64,000 nucleotides of DNA from Octopus sinensis (taxonomy: Eukaryota): assembly GCF_006345805.1 (NCBI RefSeq), contig NC_043012.1, positions 57,040,001 to 57,104,000 on the forward strand, in the 5' to 3' direction. The translations under genes and the position numbers were made by a program. This document shows positions 57,614 through 64,000 of the stretch, piece by piece (within the stretch, counting starts at the first letter, position 1; each line of letters opens with the position of its first letter). Under the pieces are notes generated by a model that saw only the letters and a list, made by a program, of their open reading frames with translations, ran no database searches and had not been told where the DNA came from.

Positions 57614-60600
57614 ATGGCTACCGAATAATTATCACATATTACATTTACAGTGTCGCCTCATTAGCACATCGTGCTAGATCCTGGTTAGCATAGTTCACCT
57701 TAGTCAACCACAAAAATAAAAAAAAATAATAAAAAAATTGATTTTCAGATGTTGGGCAGCTGAGCGCATGATAACTATGGCAACATCTGGCAACGCAGGC
57801 CTCTTTCAGACCCAGGCATCCACTGTTTGTCACTGTCTCTCACTCAGTCACTTTCAAACATCAGTTGCATGAATGAAAGTAGTGCTGAAAAATACAAATC
57901 CGACATATGATCAGATCGACATATGACCTGTCAGTCAAAACTGAGCTCCATCATTAGTTGAGGCGTAGCTGTATTCCAAAATCAAAAGTGGATCCATAAG
58001 ACCTTGACTGATATACCCAACTGCAAACTGAGATTCAGTAAGCATAAATAAATAAATATATATATATATAATGAAAGCTGGCAAGTCATGTCAAGTATGT
58101 ATATATATATATATAATATATATAATATATAATAACATAGCGGTGTACATTTACGTCTACCAGTTTATGAAAATGAACTATGTGAAGCTATTTATCATAA
58201 TATGATATACACGAGTTATTCTGCTCAAGTTAAAAAAATAGCTTGCGTGTGGTACAACTCAAAACATGGTATTATGCATGTAGAGTATCCGCATGTCGTT
58301 GGTCTACTGCTAGTCTCATGACTTGAACGTAACCTAAAATAGCTAAGATAATGCATGGGATGGTGAGTGCACGCACCTCAAGAGGTAAAGTACACGATAA
58401 TGAACGTAAACATACGTCAACCACTAAAAAGTCCTTGATAGATGTAGGGCAGCTCTACATCATATATTTACATTAACAGTGAGTAGGCAAGCAAAAGTGT
58501 GATCGCATATTTGTGTCAACCATTGTCAAGGGGTTAACTTGACCTATGCCTGTCACTATGTTATTAAATATAGTGACAGGCATAGGTTGGGACAGGTGTG
58601 ATGCCCAAGCAATAAATGTTAATTACCTAATATTCTTTTTATATATGTGTTTATAGGTTTTCTATTTAATTAATTTAGCTTCATTTCGTTATTAAAATGT
58701 TTGAAAGTTTACATTAATTTATTCTATTTTACTTAAGTTTTTATATTTCATAGCTATATGTGTGCATGTTTGTTCATGCATATATGTGTATATATGTATA
58801 TATATGTGTGTGTGTGTTTGTGCACGTAAATGTGTATGTCATCATCATCATCATCATTATCATCATTTAACGTCTGTTTTCCATCCTGGCATGGGTTGGA
58901 CAGTTTGACTGAGGACTGGCGAGCCAGTAGGCTGCACCAGGCTCCAATCTGATCTAGCAAGGTCTCTACAGCTGGATGCCCTTCCTAAGGCCAACCACTC
59001 TGAGAGTGTAGTGGGTGCATTTTACGTGCCACTGGCATGGAAGCCAGTCAGGCAGCACTGGTATTGATCACGTTTGGATGGTACTTTTTATGTGCCACCA
59101 GTACAGGCACTAGTTGGGCGGCACTGGCATCTATGTGTATATATATTTCCATGGGTTTAAAATCAATTAAAATAATTTAAAAAATTTTCTTTCTTTCTTT
59201 CTATTTTATTCTTTTAATCATTTTAATCCTTTAATTTTTAACTTTAATTTTTTATTTCCATTCCAGTATTATTATAATCCTAACCCTCTTACTGTTGTTC
59301 TATTATTATCTCATGGTTATCATACCTGCAGAAGAGGGAGATCTAGGAAGACATAAGATGAAGTGGTAAGGACCAATCTCAGGATATTGGGCCTCATGGA
59401 GGAAATGACAATGGACCATGATGTCTGGCACTGTTTATTTTCCAGTACAGTTCCCCTACTATGCTAGATAGCAACAACTGAACATTACTGTCTTAGACTG
59501 ACCATAAATAGCCCATAACAAATTTCATCACAATGGCTGGAGAATATCTAACATACATACAATACTAATATGGTAATGTGTGTTGCATGTCACATTAAAT
59601 ATTACAGTCCAGCCCAGTCCATCGCACCCCACCCACCACCTTCGTGTTCAACTGGTACTTATTTTATTAACCCCCAAAATATGAAAGGCAAATTCAACGT
59701 TGGTGGAATTTGAACTCAGAATGTAGCAACGGTCGAAATACCTATTTCTTTACTACCCACAAGGGGCTAAACACAGAGAGGGCAAACAAGGACAGACACA
59801 TGGATTAAGTCGATTATATCGACCCCAGTGCATAACTGGTACTTATTTAATCGACCCCAAAAAGGATGAGAGGCAAAGGCGACCTCGGCGAAATTTGAAC
59901 TCAGAAGGTAACGGCAGATGAAATATGGCTACGCATTTTGCCCGCAATGGTTGAAATACCATTAAGAATTTTGTCCAGCATGCTAACAATTCTGCCAGCT
60001 TACCTCCTTAAATGATAATAAAAATAATAATAATCCTTTCTACTGGAAGGACAAGGCCTCAAATTTCGGGGAAGGGACTAAGTCGATTACATCAACCTCA
60101 GTGTGTAACTGGTACTTATTTTATTGACCCCGAAGAGATGAAAGGCAAAGTCGACCTTGGTGGAATTTGAACACAGAACGGAGTGACAGGCGAAATACCA
60201 CTAAGCATTTTGTCCAGTGTGCTAACAATTCTGCCAGTTCACTGCCTTAATAATATGTTTAGCCCCTTGTGGGCAATAAAGAAATAAGAAACTGAAAGAA
60301 ACCTGTTGTGTATATGTGTGTATGTGTCTGTTTGTCCCACCGCCATCACTGGTTTGTTTATGTTCCCGTACCTTAGTGGTTCAACAAAAGAGACCGATAA
60401 AATAAGTACCAGGCTAAAAGGAAAAAAGAAAAAGTACTTGGCTTACAAAGAATAAGTCCCGGGGTCGATTTCTACAGCTAAAAACCCTTCAAAATGGTGC
60501 TCCAGAATGGCTACAGTTAAATGACTGAAACAAGCAAAGAATAGGCACAGACATGGGTGAGTGGTTAAGCAGCTTGCTTTGCAACCATGTGGTCTTGGGT

Positions 60601-60926
60601 TCAATCCCACCATGTAGCAACCTGGGTAAGCGTCTTCTACTAAAGCCACAGGACAACCAGTGCCTTGTGGCTGAATTTGGTAGAAGGAAACTGTGTGGAA
60701 GCCTGTCTTATGTGTGTGTGTGTGTATTTGCCCCTCTCCCCACCACTTCATCCTCATAACATAGTAGTTCAGCAAACGAAGCCAATAAAAAGAAAAAAAG
60801 AAATGAAACATTGGGGTTGATTTGGTCAGCTAACCCCTTCAAGACAGTGGCCCAGCATAGCTGCAGTCCTATGACTGAAACAAATAAAAGGTTAAAGGTA
60901 GCGAAATATTTTGGAAACATATATAC

Positions 60927-61067
60927 CTGTGAGACTTCTGTTAAATAGGAATTCATATCTTGGTCACTGACTGGCGGCATTTCCAATATGTCATTATAAT
61001 ATCGTTCAACTAATTTCTTGTAATTTGGAATATCTTTTGCATACAGCAGTTTATTTGATGGTGAATC
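60927..61067 (-). CDS. PLXN: Plexin coding exon ([47 protein letters not shown])
   Basis: 141 bp, TTTCCAG acceptor, GTATAT donor. Contains the hallmark [14 protein letters not shown]. Confidence 0.92.
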
Positions 61068-61070
61068 CTG

Positions 61071-61112
61071 GAAATAATAATCATAATAATAACAATAATA
61101 ATGATGATGATG

Positions 61113-61185
<73 letters not shown>

Positions 61186-61223
61186 TAAAAATAATAACAA
61201 TAATAATAATGATGATGATAATG

Positions 61224-61273
<50 letters not shown>

Positions 61274-61281
61274 AACAATAA
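61071..61281. repeat. (AAT/GAT)n microsatellite, ~210 bp
   Basis: Read directly from the sequence. Confidence 0.95.
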
Positions 61282-61506
61282 TGATTTCAAAGTTTGGCAT
61301 GAGGCTAGCAGATTTGGAGATGGGGATAAGTCAATTATATCAATCCTAGTGCTCAACTGGTTTTTGTTTTATTGAGTGTGAAGGAAGAAAAACAAAGCCA
61401 ACCTCAGCGGAATTTGAACTCAGAACATAAAGATGGACAAAATGCTGCTAAGCAATTGTTTTGGTGTGCTAACCCTTTTTGCTAGCTCACTGTCTTTAGT
61501 AATGAA

Positions 61507-61550
<44 letters not shown>

Positions 61551-62608
61551 TAATTATAACAGCTTCAAATTTTGGCACAAGGCCAGCATGTTTGGTGGGG
61601 GGAGGGGTAAGTTGGCTACACTGACCTCTAACAATTCTGCTAGCATGCTGCCCTAAAACAAATGCGCATCAGCCAGGAAATGAACCTGGTTCTGTGGTGT
61701 GGGAGGAGTGCATCCCACCATTGAAACACATGAATAATTCTTTCTACTAAAAGCAGAAGGCCTGAAATTTTGGGGCCTTGAGCTAGTTGATTACATCGAA
61801 CCTGGTGCTCAACTGGTACTTCTTTCATTGACCCTGAAAAGTTGAAGGGCAATGTTGGTCTTGGAAGAATTTGAACAGAGAATTGTAGAAATGGACAAAA
61901 TGCACCTAAGCATCATATTTGGCATGTCAACCATTCTATCAGTTCACTGCCTTACTAACAAGATTGAAAGTATAGACATAGGCATAGCTGTGAGATCAAG
62001 AAGTTTGCTTCGTAAGCATGTGGAATTGGTTTCCGTTTCAGCGTGTGGCACCTCAGGTAGGTGTCTTTTACCAGAGCCCCTGGACCAGCCAATAACTTGT
62101 GGATGAATTTGGTACACAGAATCTGCATGGAAGACTGTCATATGTAAATGTGCATACGTGTATGTATGTGTGTGAGTGTTAGTGTATGTTTGTTCCCCCT
62201 CACTTGACAACGAATGTTGGTTTGGTTATGTTCCCCTAGCTAAGTGATCTCAGCAAAAGAGATCAAGACTAAAAACCGTCTGACGGTAGAGCCCCAGCAT
62301 GGCCACAGTACAATGACTGAAAGAAAGTAAAAGATAAAGATCCATGGTCATTTTATTGTAGTTTGTAAAAAATCTTCAGTACCAGAGATTACAGTATATT
62401 TTGCAACCTTTTTTTTTGGCCTAAAAGAGGGTAGGATTTTACTTAAGGGATATTTAGCTGCTAACTTCACCAGATCGAGTAACTGAATAGTGGTGCTGAC
62501 CCTTGACTGAAGTATCTTCTTTTCGATGTGGAGAGAAGAATTAACCATCAGGACGTATGAAATCAAAATGAGTTTGTCTAGATTAAAGTATTAAGTTACT
62601 GCTCTTAC

Positions 62609-62756
62609 CTTTCCAAGTCGATGCTCTGTTGTTGAACAGCTGTCCATAAAGGTTTGTGCTATCACAGATAGACAGGAATCAACAATATGGGGCTTGTTGA
62701 TATCATATACAAAATCAGGATTTTTAATTATGTTGACCCAAAATCGTAGAGGTAAA
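62609..62756 (-). CDS. PLXN: Plexin coding exon ([49 protein letters not shown]); upstream exons lie outside the window
   Basis: 148 bp, CCTTTTATCTTTCAG acceptor, GTAAG donor. LPLRFW is the plexin GAP-domain arginine motif. Class A versus B cannot be settled from this piece. Confidence 0.95.
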
Positions 62757-62814
62757 CTGAAAGATAAAAGGAAATATATATATATATGAGAGGATATATA
62801 TATATATGTATGTG

Positions 62815-63150
62815 AAGGTGCATGCCTCAGTGGTTAGAGCATCAAGCTTACAATCGTGAGGTTGTCAGCTCGAATCCCGGACCGGGCTGCGTGTTGTGTT
62901 CTTCAGCAAGACACTTTAGTTCATGTTGCTCCAGTTCACTCAGCTGTAGAAATGAGTTGCGACGTCACTGGTGCCAAGCTGTATCGGCCGTTGCCTTTCC
63001 CTTGGATAACACTGGTGGCATGAAGAGGGGAGGCCGGTATGCATGGGTGACTGCTGGTCTTCTATAAAAAACCACCTTGCCCAGACTTGTGCCTGGGAGG
63101 GTAACTTTCTAGGTGCAATCCCATGGTCTGTGTTGTGACTGAAGGGGGTC
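62815..63150 (+). mobile_element. tRNA-derived SINE, third family (related head on - strand ~27030-27230)
   Basis: Head CTCAGTGGTTAGAGCA...TCGAATCCC followed by TTGTGTTCTTCAGCAAGACACTTTA, with no tRNA 3' end. Confidence 0.6.
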
Positions 63151-64000
63151 TCAGAATATATATATGTATATATATTTGGAGTGTTTTGGAAATTCCTTGA
63201 TAGAGTTATAATATTTGGAGAGAAGATTTTTTTCTCAAAGAGTTAAGATTGAGAAAAGAACCTTTTTTAGAAAGTTGAAAGGCACCATTAACCTTTGGGA
63301 AGAGTCCTAAAGGATAGTGCCTTTCGACTTTCTAAAAACGTTCTCACAATCTTAACTCCTTGAGAAAAAAATCTCTCCAAATATATATATTTCTTTATTG
63401 CCCACAAGGGGCTAAACATAGAGGGGACAAACAAGGACAGACAAAAGGGATTAAGTCGATTACATCGACCCCAGTGCATAACTGGTACTTAATTTATTGA
63501 CCCTGAAAGGATGAAAGGCAAAGTCGACCTTGGTGGAATTTGAACTCACAACGTAACGGCAGACAAAATACGGCTACACATTTCGCCTGGCGTGCTAACG
63601 TTTCTGCCAGCTTGCATAGATCATTTAATGTCTGTCTTCCCTGTTGGCATATGTTGGATGGCTTCACAGGAGGTGGTAAGTCTGAGGACTGCACAAGGCT
63701 CCACTGTCTGCTTTGGTATGGTTTTTTTTTACAGCTGGATGCCAACCACTTTACTGAGTGGGGTGGGTGCGTTTTATGTGGCACCACTACTGGCAAAGTC
63801 TGCTTTGGAATGGTTATCCTTCCTAATGCCAACCACTTTGCAGAGTAGACTTGGTGCTTTTTATATGTCACCAGTACTGGTGTGTTTACACGAAATGTTT
63901 GGCAGAAAACAATATTCACAGTAATATATTCACTGCATGTATATAAAACTTAAACAAAAAGAATTTCATCTCTCTTGGGATACATGTTGATGATTTATTT

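Larger units (their letters stand above)
57423..57650. repeat. ~100-bp near-perfect hairpin (57423-57523 / 57552-57650) after a (TA)n tract
   Basis: Arms are reverse complements with a few mismatches; 28-nt loop. Confidence 0.9.

Noticed and set aside
58545-58588. 18-bp hairpin CCTATGCCTGTCACTAT...ATAGTGACAGGCATAGG as miRNA or ribozyme
   Set aside because: Too short for a pre-miRNA call and no catalytic core was found nearby.
61010-61375. Poly-I/poly-N/poly-L ORFs (also 17085-17303, 42096-42390, 43817-44099)
   Set aside because: Artefacts of (AAT)n and (TA)n microsatellites.
62815-62885. tRNA-like sequences (also ~27170-27230 and the SINE heads) as tRNA genes
   Set aside because: Only A/B-box-like heads; no complete acceptor stem; they run into SINE body sequence.

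Overview
Repeat-rich, AT-rich animal genomic DNA. The SINE families and microsatellite load suggest an octopus-type cephalopod (inference). Two kinds of host gene are present, both on the minus strand. (1) Two tandem VWA5A-like genes (VIT + VWA domains, single coding exon) lie inside near-identical 5-6 kb blocks (913-6107 and 17529-23692). They differ by a completely non-homologous, in-frame ~80-90 aa cassette near the C-terminus. (2) The last four coding exons of a plexin gene (62609-62756, 60927-61067, 52770-52844, 46503-46613) were assembled by hand from GT-AG sites and the conserved cytoplasmic GAP-domain sequence. The rest is mobile DNA: the 3' end of a Ty3/gypsy element, a full-length CR1/L2-group LINE with intact ORFs nested in an LTR-like repeat, Tigger and mariner relics, RTE, R4/Dong-like and Penelope-like relics, many SINEs, and a 1.3 kb inverted duplication. 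Most notable observations: three different small elements starting at (TA)n tracts that carry type I hammerhead ribozyme motifs plus inverted end duplications (two in a plexin intron); a canonical G_GGA_AAC -1 slippery site joining LINE ORF1 to an ATG-less ORF2; and the swapped hypervariable cassette in the VWA5A pair. No database search or folding program was run; all identities are by eye.
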